Shown in pieces: positions 20,131 to 29,395 of a DNA stretch of 64,000 bases. The position numbers were made by a program, and so were the translations under genes. The DNA is taken from contig CAVXJS010000014.1 in the NCBI GenBank assembly GCA_963762145.1, forward strand, positions 609,774-673,773, given 5' to 3'. How positions within the stretch are numbered: position 1 is the stretch's first letter; every line of letters starts with the position of its first letter. The notes under the pieces are model-generated. The model saw nothing but the letters and a program-made list of their open reading frames with translations. It had not been told where the DNA came from and did not search any database. The stretch comes from an uncultured Candidatus Rokubacteria bacterium (GTDB lineage: Bacteria > Methylomirabilota > Methylomirabilia > Rokubacteriales > CSP1-6).

Positions 20131-21381
20131 ATGCGCGACCAGAAGATCTTCTACGGCTGGTGGGTGGTGGGCGCGTTCTCGGTCACCACCTTCATGTCGA
20201 CCGGCGTGCGCCACGCGGTCGGCCCCTTCCTGAAGCCGATGGTCGCGGATCTCGGCCTCGACCGCGCCAGCTTCTCGGCGGTGGTCGCGCTGAGCCTCTT
20301 CCTCTACGGGGTCTTCATGCCGCTCGCGGGCATGGCCCTCGACCGCTTCAGCGTGCGGGTGGTCACCACCGCGGGCACGCTGCTGCTGGTGGTCTCGCTG
20401 GTGCTGACCGCCTACGTGCGGAGCTTCTGGGAGTTCGCCGCGGTCTACGGCGTCCTGGTGCCGCTCGGGCTGGCCGGCACCGGCCCCGTGATCGCCTCGG
20501 GCGTCGTGGCGCGCTGGTTCAGCCGCCGGCGGGGCACCGCGCTCTCGGTGCTCGGCAGCGCGTCGATGACCGGGATGAGCCTGCTCGTGCCCGCGGTGAC
20601 GTGGCTGATCCTCACCGCCGGGTGGCGCCACACCTACGTGGTGATCGCGGGGCTGGTGCTGGTGATCTCCCTGCCGCTCTGCCTCTGGGTGATGCGCGAC
20701 TCGCCGGAGTCCGTCGGGCTGACCGCCGACGGCGCGCCGCGGCTGCCCGGGGTGCCGGCCGATTCCGTCGAGCGGGTGACCGCGGGTGAGGCGCTCCGCA
20801 CCCTCGCCTTCTGGCAGCTCGCCGGCTCCTTCTTCACCTGCGGCTTCTCGATGAGCCTGCTCTCCGCCCACGGCATCCCCATGCTCACCGACCACGGCTA
20901 CACCCCGATGGTCGCCTCGTGGGCGATGGGCGTGCTCGGCGGCTCGAGCATCGTCTTCACGATCATGCTCGGCGCGCTGTCCGACCGCTTCGGGCGCCGC
21001 CCGGTACTGGCCTCGATCTACGCGGGCCGCATCTTCATCTTCACCGGGCTCTTCCTCATCCGCGACAACCCTACCGCGCTGCTCGTGGTCGCGGTGCTGG
21101 GCGGGATCACCCTGGCCGGCACCGGCTCGATGACCTCGGCGCTCACCGCCGACATCTACGGGCGCTTCTCGGTCAGCTCGGTGTTCGGCCTGATCTTCCT
21201 GGTGCACCAGACCGGCTCGGCGCTGGGCTCCTGGCTGGCCGGGGCGCTGTTCGAATCGACCGGAGGCTACGGTCCGGCCTACGTGCTGGCCTGCGGACTC
21301 CTGCTCGCCGCCGCGATCGTCGCGCTCAACGTCGACAAGGACGCGCGCCGCATCTGGCGCGCCGCCACCGTCTCGGGCTAG
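20131..21381 (+). CDS. MFS transporter
   Basis: About 12 TM segments, DRFGRR motif A. Confidence 0.9.
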   Translation: MRDQKIFYGWWVVGAFSVTTFMSTGVRHAVGPFLKPMVADLGLDRASFSAVVALSLFLYGVFMPLAGMALDRFSVRVVTTAGTLLLVVSLVLTAYVRSFWEFAAVYGVLVPLGLAGTGPVIASGVVARWFSRRRGTALSVLGSASMTGMSLLVPAVTWLILTAGWRHTYVVIAGLVLVISLPLCLWVMRDSPESVGLTADGAPRLPGVPADSVERVTAGEALRTLAFWQLAGSFFTCGFSMSLLSAHGIPMLTDHGYTPMVASWAMGVLGGSSIVFTIMLGALSDRFGRRPVLASIYAGRIFIFTGLFLIRDNPTALLVVAVLGGITLAGTGSMTSALTADIYGRFSVSSVFGLIFLVHQTGSALGSWLAGALFESTGGYGPAYVLACGLLLAAAIVALNVDKDARRIWRAATVSG

Positions 21382-21391
21382 CGCCCGGGCC

Positions 21392-22978
21392 TCACCGGCC
21401 CAGCGCGAAGCCCGCGTAGCCCCTGGCCGCCACCTCGTCGCACTTCTGGCGGTAGACCCCGACGCCCCCGATGTAGGGCATGAACACGCGCGGCTTGCCC
21501 GGGATGTTCGCGCCCATGTACCAGGACGGGGCGAGCGGGTAGAGCGTCATGTGGCCCACCTCGTTGACGTGCTGGACCCACGCCTCCTGGGCCTCCGCGG
21601 TCGCCTCGATGGTCGAGAGGCCGCGCTCGCGCAGGTGGGTGACGCAGTCGGCGATCCAGTCCACGTGCTGCTCGATCGACACGATCATGTTGCTCAGCAC
21701 CGACGGGCTGCCGGGGCCGGTGATCATGAAGAGGTTCGGGAAGCCCTCGACGGTGAGCCCGAGGTAGGTGCGCGGCCCGCCGGCCCACTCGGCGGCGAGC
21801 TTCCGGCCGCCGCGCCCGCGGATGTCGATGTTGAGCAGCGCGCCGGTCATCGCGTCGAAGCCGGTGGCGAAGACCAGGTCGTCCACCGCGTACTCGACGC
21901 CGGCCACCCGCACGCCCTTCGGAGTGATCGCCTCGACCGGGTTCTTCTTGACGTCCACCAGCGTCACGTTGTCGCGGTTGAACGTGTCGTAGTAGCCGGT
22001 GTCCACGCAGAGCCGCTTGGTGCCGAGCGGGTAGTGCTGCGGGCACAGGAGATCGGCCACCGCCGGGTCGCGCACGATCGCGCGGATCTTCTCGCGGAAG
22101 AACCGGGCCGCGGTGTCGTTGGCCTCCTTGCTGATGAGCAGATCGGTGTAGGCGGCGGAGAAGCCGAGGCCGCCCCGGCGCCAGCGCTTCTCGTACTCGC
22201 GCTCCCGCTCCTCGGCCGGCACCGCCAGCGCGGAGTCGCCGCTCCGCTCGGTCACGAAGCCGACGCGGGACTCGCGGGCCTGGCGGCGGAAGTCGGCGTA
22301 GCCGGCCTTCACGCGGCGCTCGTACTCCGGATCGAGCGGCGCGTTCTGGGCCGGCATGCTGAAGTTGGGCGTGCGCTGGAACACGTAGAGGTGGCTCGCC
22401 TGCTTCGCGATGAGGGGGATCGACTGGATCGCGGAGGAGCCGGTGCCGATGACGCCGACCCGGCGGCCGGTGAAGTCCACGCCCTCGTGCGGCCACTTGC
22501 CGGTGTGGTACCACTTGCCCGCGAAGCTTCCGAAGCCCTCGATGTCGGGCACCTGCGCGTCCGACAGGCACCCGGTGGCCATGATGCAGAAGCGCGCGGT
22601 CACCCGGTCGCCCCGGTCGGTCTCGACCGTCCAGCGGCCGGTCCCCTCGTCGAACCCGGCGGAGGTCACGCGGGTCTCGAACTGGATGTCCCGGCGGAGA
22701 TCGAAGCGGTCGGCGACGTGGTTGGCGTACTTCAAGATCTCGGGCTGGGCCGCGTAGCGCTCGGTCCAGCGCCACTCCTGCTGCAGCTCGTCCGAGAACG
22801 AGTACGAGTAGTCCATGCTCTCGACGTCGCAGCGCGCGCCGGGGTAGCGGTTCCAGTACCAGGTGCCGCCGACTCCCTTGCCCGCCTCGTAGACGCGCGC
22901 GGTGAGCCCGAGCCCGCGCAGGCGATGGAGCATGTAGAGCCCGGCGAATCCCGCGCCGACGATCACCGCGTCGACCAT
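21392..22978 (-). CDS. Type I Baeyer-Villiger monooxygenase (PAMO/CHMO-like)
   Basis: GAGFAG, GGTWYWNRYPGARCD, fingerprint FAGKWYHTGKWP, GTGSSA, ATGFD. Confidence 0.95.
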   Translation of the reverse strand: MVDAVIVGAGFAGLYMLHRLRGLGLTARVYEAGKGVGGTWYWNRYPGARCDVESMDYSYSFSDELQQEWRWTERYAAQPEILKYANHVADRFDLRRDIQFETRVTSAGFDEGTGRWTVETDRGDRVTARFCIMATGCLSDAQVPDIEGFGSFAGKWYHTGKWPHEGVDFTGRRVGVIGTGSSAIQSIPLIAKQASHLYVFQRTPNFSMPAQNAPLDPEYERRVKAGYADFRRQARESRVGFVTERSGDSALAVPAEEREREYEKRWRRGGLGFSAAYTDLLISKEANDTAARFFREKIRAIVRDPAVADLLCPQHYPLGTKRLCVDTGYYDTFNRDNVTLVDVKKNPVEAITPKGVRVAGVEYAVDDLVFATGFDAMTGALLNIDIRGRGGRKLAAEWAGGPRTYLGLTVEGFPNLFMITGPGSPSVLSNMIVSIEQHVDWIADCVTHLRERGLSTIEATAEAQEAWVQHVNEVGHMTLYPLAPSWYMGANIPGKPRVFMPYIGGVGVYRQKCDEVAARGYAGFALGR

Positions 22979-24264
22979 CACGCCTCCTCGTGTACCGGCA
23001 CCACGTAGGGCCCCTCGGGGACGAAGGCCACGCGGGGATCCCGGTGCCGCGCCATGCTGTCCGCGATCGCGCCGGCCAGATCGGTCACGCGCTCGACGCC
23101 GGTCAGGGCCGCGTCGCGCGCGTCGAGGCCGTCGGTGTAGAGCCGCACGCGGCCGACCCGCATGGGCTTGAGCTGCATCTGGGTCTGCCACTCGTCGATG
23201 TCGGCGTGGGGCTTCCCGGCGATGCTCGACGCGAAGCCGTCCGCGCCGAGGTCCACGAGACGGCGCTGCGCTTCCACGTAGTGCCTGGACCCCATGCCCT
23301 CCGAGCACGCGGACGCCACGATGAGGTCGCCGCCCGGCGCCAGGATGTCGAGGGGGCCGACCATGCCCTTGACGGTCTGGTAGTACGTCTTGTCGAGCGG
23401 ATAGCCGGCCGCGCTGGTGACCACGGTCTGGAACCGGCGGCCCACCGGCACGCGCGCGTAGGCGCTCGCGAAGTCGACCGCCCCGAGATGGCTCTGGACC
23501 ACCTCGCCGAAGTTGACGAAGGCCAGGCGCCGCCGGTCGTCGATCACGGTGTTGAGCGCGAGCGCGCCGCCGAGCATTCCCATGATGGCGAGCTGCTCCT
23601 CGTGGAGCGGGTTGCCGTCCAGCACGCAGTTGGCCGCGCGCGGGTGCGCCATGAACGCCGCGTTGTGGAACGTGGTGATGGTCTCGGCGTGCGCCACGCC
23701 GGGCGCGATGACCTTGCGCCCGCCCGACCAGCCGGCCATGAAGTGCGGCTCCACCAGGCCGGTGGCGATGCGGAGCTCGGCCTCGACGAAGCGGCGGTCG
23801 AGGCGGACCACCGTGCCGCGGACCGGCGTGCGGCCGAGCAGCACGTGGTCCCGGTCGGCGCGCGCGTCGTGGTTGGCGACCGTCACCGTCTCGAGCACCC
23901 ACGGCTCGCCCACCAGCTCGGCCAGCTCCGCGCCCTCGCTCGGGCGGTGGAGCCCCGTCGCGACCAGGACCGTGATGCCCGCGCGCGGCACGCCCGCGGC
24001 CAGCAGGGTGCGGATCAGCGCGGGCAGGAACAGGCCGTTCGGGACCGGCCGGGTGATGTCGCAGATGAGGATGCAGGCGGAGCGCTTACCGCGGGCGGCC
24101 TCGCGCAGCGACGGCCCGCCGACCGGCTCGGCCAGGGCGTCCTCCACCGCGGCGAGCGGATCGGCCAGCACCGGCATGGCGCGCTTCTCGATCACCGTCG
24201 GCACGCAGCCGTCGGGCGGCCGGACGGGCAGGGTAGAGCGGCCGTACAGGAGGTCGATCGTCAC
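22978..24264 (-). CDS. LarA-family nickel-pincer racemase/epimerase
   Basis: DITRPVP, ATGLHR, EPHFMAGWSGGRK, GYPLD..YQ. Confidence 0.9.
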   Translation of the reverse strand: MTIDLLYGRSTLPVRPPDGCVPTVIEKRAMPVLADPLAAVEDALAEPVGGPSLREAARGKRSACILICDITRPVPNGLFLPALIRTLLAAGVPRAGITVLVATGLHRPSEGAELAELVGEPWVLETVTVANHDARADRDHVLLGRTPVRGTVVRLDRRFVEAELRIATGLVEPHFMAGWSGGRKVIAPGVAHAETITTFHNAAFMAHPRAANCVLDGNPLHEEQLAIMGMLGGALALNTVIDDRRRLAFVNFGEVVQSHLGAVDFASAYARVPVGRRFQTVVTSAAGYPLDKTYYQTVKGMVGPLDILAPGGDLIVASACSEGMGSRHYVEAQRRLVDLGADGFASSIAGKPHADIDEWQTQMQLKPMRVGRVRLYTDGLDARDAALTGVERVTDLAGAIADSMARHRDPRVAFVPEGPYVVPVHEEA

Positions 24265-24288
24265 CGGGAGCCTCCCCGCGATCATAGC

Positions 24289-25735
24289 TCATCCCCGACG
24301 CCCACAGGTGCTGCGCGGCGTACGCGCGCCACGGCCGCCAGCGCTCGGCGCGCGCGAGCAGCGCGACCGGCGTCGGCCGGCGACCCTTCCGGTCGGCCAT
24401 CGCGCGCATCAGGCCGAGATCGGCGGCGGGGAACGCATCGGGCTCGCGCATCTCGCGGATCGCGATGTACTGCGCGGTCCACTCGCCGATGCCCGGGAGC
24501 GCGCGCAGCTTCACGATCGCCTCCTCGAGGCTCCGCCGGGGACCGAAGATCTGCGGGTCGGCCACCACCGCGCGCGCCAGCCCACCGAGGGCGGCGGCGC
24601 GCGCCCGGGTCAGGCCGAGGCTCGAGAGGTCGGCGTCGGCCAGCCGCTCCGCGCCGGGAAAGACGTGGCTGAGCCCCTCGCCGCCGCCGGCCAGCGGCTT
24701 GCCATAGGCCGCCACCAGCCGGCCCGCGAGCGTGGCCGCGCCGGCCACTGTGATCTGCTGGCCGAGCAGGGCGCGCACCGCGAGCTCGAAGCCGTCCCAC
24801 GCGCCCGCCACGCGCAGGCCCGGCCGCGCCGCCACCAGCGGGGCCAGACGCGGGTCCTCGGACAGGTGCGCGCCGATCACCTCCGGGTCGGCGACCAGGT
24901 CGAACACGCGCCGGAGCCGCGCGACGATGGTGGGCAGCGCGGAGAGCTGCGGGAACTGGATCGTGGCGCGGAGCGCGTTCCCCGCCGCCGGCCGCACCGC
25001 CACCGTGCCGTGCGCCCCGGCGACCTCGATCGTCCGGGTGTAGCTGTCGCGCGTCACCACCTCGACCCCGGGGATCGCGCGGGCCCGCAGGAACGCGAGC
25101 ATGGCCGGCCAGTCGTAGGGCGGGCGATAGGGGAGGAGGATCGCGACTTCCCCGGTCGGGCCGGGCGAGGCCGTCCCGGGCCCGCGCCGCAGCGTGCTCG
25201 GTGCCCGGCCGAAGAGATGCTGAAAGGTCTCGTTGAACCGGCGGATGCTGCCGAAGCCGGCGGCCAGCGCGACCTCCGACATCGGCAGGCGCGTCTCGTG
25301 GATCAGGTGCTTGGCCAGGAGCACCCGCCGGGTCTGCGCGACCGCGACGGGCGAGGCGCCCAGATGCCGGCGGAAGAGCCGCCGGAGCTGCCGCTCGCCC
25401 ACGCCGAGCCGCTCGGCGAGCGCCTCCACGTCGGCGCCGTCGAGCCCGCCCTTCTCGATCAGCGCGAGCGCCCGCGAGACCGTGTTCGACGTGCCGCGCC
25501 ACACGCCCAGGTCCGGCGCGCTCTCGGGCCGGCAGCGCAGGCAGGGGCGGTAGCCCGCCTCCTGGGCGGCCGCGGCCGAGGGATAGAACGTGAGGTTCTC
25601 CCGCTTCGGGGTCCGCGCGGGGCAGATGGGCCGGCAATAGATGCCGGTGGACTTCACCGCGATGAAGAGCCGTCCATCGAAGCGGGCATCGCGCGTGGCG
25701 ATGGCCCGGTAGCAGGCGTCGGCGTCCAGGTCCAT
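24289..25735 (-). CDS. alkA: Ada/AlkA bifunctional protein (Ada Zn-binding + AraC HTH + DNA-3-methyladenine glycosylase II)
   Basis: RDARFDG, CRPICP, CLRCRPE, LPGIGEWTA, WRPWRAYA; true stop probably at 24289 (extra G in a run), ORF otherwise reads on to 24086. Confidence 0.9.
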
Positions 25736-25857
25736 GGGCTGATCATCACGCACGAGCGGCCCGGCTGTCTCGCGGTTTTCGGCCATCATCGGTGCGGGTC
25801 GGTGATGGGGGCCGGATCCCGCCAGCGGGCCCTGGCCCCCTCTGCGATGATCTGGCC

Positions 25858-26430
25858 ATGGCCACGACCGATGTGCTCTGGGCCGCATGGGAGGGCCGGG
25901 GGTTCGAGCATCTCGCGCTCCGGCAGGAGGCGGGCGCGGTGCGGGCGGACAGCCTCATCATCGCGGTGGACGAAGACCACCGGCCCTTCCGCGCGCGCTA
26001 CGTCGTGGAGTGCGACGGCGGCTGGGCGGTGAGGCGGGCGCGCATCGACGTGCTCGAGGAGCCGGAGCGGAGCCTCGAGATCCGGGGGGACGGTCGTGGC
26101 GGCTGGACCGATGCCGCGACCGGCTCGCCGCTGCCGCTCGACGGCTGCGTCGACATCGACATCTACCCGTCGCCCTTCACCAACACGCTGCCGATCCGGC
26201 GGCTCGTCGATGCCGTCCCCGGGCGCGCGGTGGCGATCGACGTCGCGTGGGTCCTGCTGCCCGCGCTCACCATCGAGGCGAAGCCCCAGGAGTACACGCT
26301 GCTCGAGCGTCGCGGCCCCGGCTCGCTCTGGCGCTTCCGGGGACTCGATTCGGACTTCACCGCGGATCTGGCGGTGGACGGCAACGGGCTCGTGCTCGAC
26401 TACCCGGGGATCGCGCGGCGGGTGCTCTAG
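25858..26430 (+). CDS. Putative glycolipid-binding domain protein
   Basis: GCVDIDI.PSPFTNTLPIRRL, QEYT, VD..GLVLDYPG. Confidence 0.85.
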   Translation: MATTDVLWAAWEGRGFEHLALRQEAGAVRADSLIIAVDEDHRPFRARYVVECDGGWAVRRARIDVLEEPERSLEIRGDGRGGWTDAATGSPLPLDGCVDIDIYPSPFTNTLPIRRLVDAVPGRAVAIDVAWVLLPALTIEAKPQEYTLLERRGPGSLWRFRGLDSDFTADLAVDGNGLVLDYPGIARRVL

Positions 26431-26455
26431 CGGAGACCACCCCTCACTTTCACCG

Positions 26456-26489
26456 CCCCTCACCCTGCCCTCTCCCATGAGGGGAGAGG
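26456..26489. repeat. REP-like element, family A
   Basis: CCCCTCACCCTGCCCTCTCCCATGAGGGGAGAGG. Confidence 0.8.
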
Positions 26490-26508
26490 AAGATTTGGAG
26501 GTACGACC

Positions 26509-26904
26509 ATGGCGTCGATCAGGCGAGAGATGCAGGTCAACGCGCGGCCCGAGAAGATCTGGGAGGCGGTGCGGGACGTGGGCGCGGTGCACGAGCGCCT
26601 GGCGCCCGGCTTCGTGGTGGACACGAAGATGGAGGAAGGCGCCCGCGTCGTCACCTTCGCGAACGGGATGATCGCGCGCGAGCTCATCGTGGACGTGGAC
26701 GACGCGGCGCGCCGCCTCGTCTGGTCGGTGGTGGGCAGCCCGCGGCTCACCCACCACAATGCCTCGCTGCAGGTCGCGGCCGAAAGGGACGGCGGGAGCC
26801 GCGTCGTCTGGATCGCGGACCTGCTGCCGAACGAGGTCGCCGGCTACATCCAGGCGATGATCGAGCAGGGGATGGCGGTCATGAAGAAGACCCTGGAGCG
26901 GTAG
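26509..26904 (+). CDS. SRPBCC (START-like) family protein
   Basis: RVVTFANG, ELIVDVDD, HHNAS; SD GGAGG. Confidence 0.85.
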   Translation: MASIRREMQVNARPEKIWEAVRDVGAVHERLAPGFVVDTKMEEGARVVTFANGMIARELIVDVDDAARRLVWSVVGSPRLTHHNASLQVAAERDGGSRVVWIADLLPNEVAGYIQAMIEQGMAVMKKTLER

Positions 26905-27985
26905 CCAGGGGCGGCAGCCCCATCTCTCGCGTGCACTCGCCGAACCACTCGATCACTTCCTTGTGGAGCGGGATGCCGTGGGCCCGGCGCTCCGCCAGCT
27001 CCTCGGCCTCGGACAGCCCCGGGTAGAGCACGCGCTCCTGGCCCGGCGCGGGCGCGGCGGTGCGCAGGGTGCGGAGCATCTCGTCCATCGTGTCCTTGAA
27101 GCGCCCGAGGTCGGTGAAGGCCTCGATGTTGTAGGCCGCGAACTGGTTCTTGGACCCGCTGCCCGGCGCCAGCATGGTCGGCAGCGCGCCCGCCAGCATG
27201 GTGGCGAGCACCTCGGCCATGAGCGCGAAGCCGTAGCCCTTGTGCGAGCCCTGCTCGCGGGTGCCGCCGAGGGGAGCCTGGTAGACGTCCTCGCGATCGA
27301 AGAGGGGCTTCTCCTCCATGATCGGCGTGCCCTCCTTGTCGGTCACCCAGCCCGCGAGCAGCGGCGAGCCGATGCGCATGGCGAGCCGGATCTTGTTGCC
27401 CGCGATCGCGGAGGTGGCCGCGTCGAAGAGCATCGGCGCCTCGTGGCGCGCGGGCGCGGCGAGCGCGATCGGATTGGTGCCGAGCAGGGGCTTGGCCCCG
27501 AAGGTCGGCACCACGTGCAGGCCCGCGGCGGTGAAGCAGGCGCCCACCATGTCGGCCTGGGCGGCCTGCATCGCGAAGTGGCCGATCGCGCCGAAGTGCC
27601 CGCTGTTGTGCACCGTCACGATCCCGACGCCGACCTTGCGCGCCTTCTCGATCGCCAGCCGCATCGCCTTCGGCCCCACGATGATACCGAGGCGCTTGCC
27701 CGCGTCGATCACCGCGGTGCCGGGCGCCTCGCGCTCGATCGTCCAGCCCGGCCGCGGGTCGAGCTTGCCGGCCCGGTAGTCGCGGACGTAAGCGCGGAGC
27801 ATGTTCGACACCCCGTGGGTCTCGACCCCGCGCAGGTCGGTCATGGTCAGCACGTCCGCTGCGTCGGCGGCGTCCTCCGGCGTGACGCCGAGCGTCTCGA
27901 AGATCTGGGTGGTGGTCCGGCGCAGCGACGCTTCCGAGACCAGCACCTGGTCCTGCGGCGGAACCTTGAAGCGCTCGAGGATCAT
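26879..27985 (-). CDS. Ldh_2 family oxidoreductase (malate/L-lactate/ureidoglycolate dehydrogenase-like)
   Basis: DLRGVETHG, HFGAIG, GTNPI, HKGYG. Confidence 0.9.
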   Translation of the reverse strand: MILERFKVPPQDQVLVSEASLRRTTTQIFETLGVTPEDAADAADVLTMTDLRGVETHGVSNMLRAYVRDYRAGKLDPRPGWTIEREAPGTAVIDAGKRLGIIVGPKAMRLAIEKARKVGVGIVTVHNSGHFGAIGHFAMQAAQADMVGACFTAAGLHVVPTFGAKPLLGTNPIALAAPARHEAPMLFDAATSAIAGNKIRLAMRIGSPLLAGWVTDKEGTPIMEEKPLFDREDVYQAPLGGTREQGSHKGYGFALMAEVLATMLAGALPTMLAPGSGSKNQFAAYNIEAFTDLGRFKDTMDEMLRTLRTAAPAPGQERVLYPGLSEAEELAERRAHGIPLHKEVIEWFGECTREMGLPPLATAPGSSS

Positions 27986-28022
27986 GGGTCGTCCCTCCCG
28001 GCTGCATCCTAACCGAGTTTAT

Positions 28023-28042
28023 TCTTGACCGATCGTTCAAGA
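28023..28042. promoter_or_regulatory. Palindromic TetR operator
   Basis: TCTTGACCGATCGTTCAAGA, 9 of 10 pairs complementary, overlapping the -35. Confidence 0.8.
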
Positions 28043-28053
28043 TTGGCTATCGT
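28025..28053 (+). promoter_or_regulatory. sigma70-type promoter of tetR (probably leaderless mRNA)
   Basis: TTGACC-N17-TATCGT, ATG 8 nt after the -10, no SD. Confidence 0.6.
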
Positions 28054-28061
28054 CGCCCGCG

Positions 28062-28679
28062 ATGCCGCGCCAGAAGGAGTTCGACCGGGAGGCGGCGCTG
28101 GACCGCGCGATGAGCGCGTTCTGGAGCAACGGGTACGCCGCGACGTCCGTCGAAGACCTGGTGGCCCAAATGGGCATCCAGCGAGGAAGCCTCTACGCCA
28201 CCTTCGGCGACAAGCGGTCGCTGTTCCTCAGCACGCTCGACCGCTACCAGCGGGTGGTCACCCGCGAGCTCTTCGAGGTGCTCGAGGCGCCCGGGTCCGG
28301 GCTCGAGGCGATTCGGCGGTTCTTCCGCCTCCGGGTGGAGGCGGCGCTGGACCGGAGCCGGCCGGCGGGATGCCTGGTGACGAACTCGGCGGTCGAGCTG
28401 TCGCGGCGCGATCGCGGTGCGTCGGCCAAGGTGGGCGGCTCGATGGCCGGGCTCGAGGCGGCCTTCCTCCGGGCGCTCGAGCGGGCCCGCGCCCGGGGGG
28501 AGTTGGCCGCCGGCCGGGACTTGCGGGCCTTGGCCCGATTCCTGACCAGCAGCGCCCAGGGCCTCTCGGTGATGGCCAAGGCCTTCCCGGAGCGCCCGGT
28601 GCTCCAGGATGTGGTCGCGGTCGTCCTGACTGCGATCGAGGCCGGGCGGCCGGGGCCCCGTCGGAAGCGGGCGCGGTGA
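28062..28679 (+). CDS. TetR/AcrR family regulator (NemR/ComR-like)
   Basis: MPRQKEFD..FWSNGY..SLYATFGDK HTH; C-terminal GCLVTN. Confidence 0.92.
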   Translation: MPRQKEFDREAALDRAMSAFWSNGYAATSVEDLVAQMGIQRGSLYATFGDKRSLFLSTLDRYQRVVTRELFEVLEAPGSGLEAIRRFFRLRVEAALDRSRPAGCLVTNSAVELSRRDRGASAKVGGSMAGLEAAFLRALERARARGELAAGRDLRALARFLTSSAQGLSVMAKAFPERPVLQDVVAVVLTAIEAGRPGPRRKRAR

Positions 28680-28728
28680 TCACGTGAGAGGGGAGCTCGC
28701 CGCTCGGCGGTGCGCGTGAGGAGACGCC

Positions 28729-29382
28729 ATGTCACTCGAGGAAAAGCTCGCCGCGATCCGGGAGATGGCCAAGACCCGCCAGCCACCGGAGGTGCGCGCG
28801 GTCATGCAGAAGGCGACCGAGGATCTGCGCGCCTCCGGGATCATGGACCGCGTCGTCAAGGTCGGTGCGCCCGCCCCCGACTTCACGCTGCCCAACATGG
28901 CGGGCCAGCCAGTGAGCCTGGCCGTTCTTCGGGCGCGCGGCCCGGTCGTGCTGTCCTTCTATCGCGGCCGGTGGTGACCCTACTGCAACGCAGAGCTGGA
29001 CGCTCTGCAGCAGGCTCTGCCCGAGATCGCCGCTGCCGGCGCCTCGCTCGTCGTGGTGTCGCCCCAGGTGACCCGCACCACGCGAGAGACGGACGAGCCC
29101 CGGCCCATGACCTGCGAGGTGCTGCGCGATCTCGGCAATCGCGTGGCCGCGGAGTACGGGCTCGTCTTCACGTTGCCGGAGGCGCTGCAGCCCATCTACA
29201 CCAAGTTCGGCATCGACCTGCCCCGGGGCAATGGGGACGGCACCTGGCGCCTGCCGGTGCCGGCTCGCTTCGTCATCGACCGGGAGGGCATCATCCGCGC
29301 GGTCGACGCCGACCCCGACTACACGAGACGGCCGGAGCCCGCCCAGACGGTGGAGGTCCTGCGCCGTCTGCAATCCCGCTGA
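28729..29382 (+). CDS. Peroxiredoxin-like AhpC/TSA selenoprotein (UxxC; Sec at codon 83, TGA 28975-28977), 217 aa
   Basis: APDFTLPN..GPVVLSFYRGRW-TGA-PYCNAEL continues in frame to LPVPARFVID..DYTRRPEP; the family motif is FYRGxWCPYC; downstream hairpin. Confidence 0.9.
28983..29013 (+). promoter_or_regulatory. Candidate bacterial SECIS 1
   Basis: GCAGAGC (28990-96)/GCTCTGC (29002-08) perfect stem, loop TGGAC, lower stem CTGC/GCAG; 19 nt between UGA and loop. Confidence 0.75.
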
Positions 29383-29395
29383 GGAGGACGTCGCG

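Noticed and set aside
24086-24288. C-terminal extension of AlkA overlapping larA by about 180 nt
   Set aside because: Removing one G from a GGGG run gives a stop at 24289 right after the conserved HLW end; probable sequencing error
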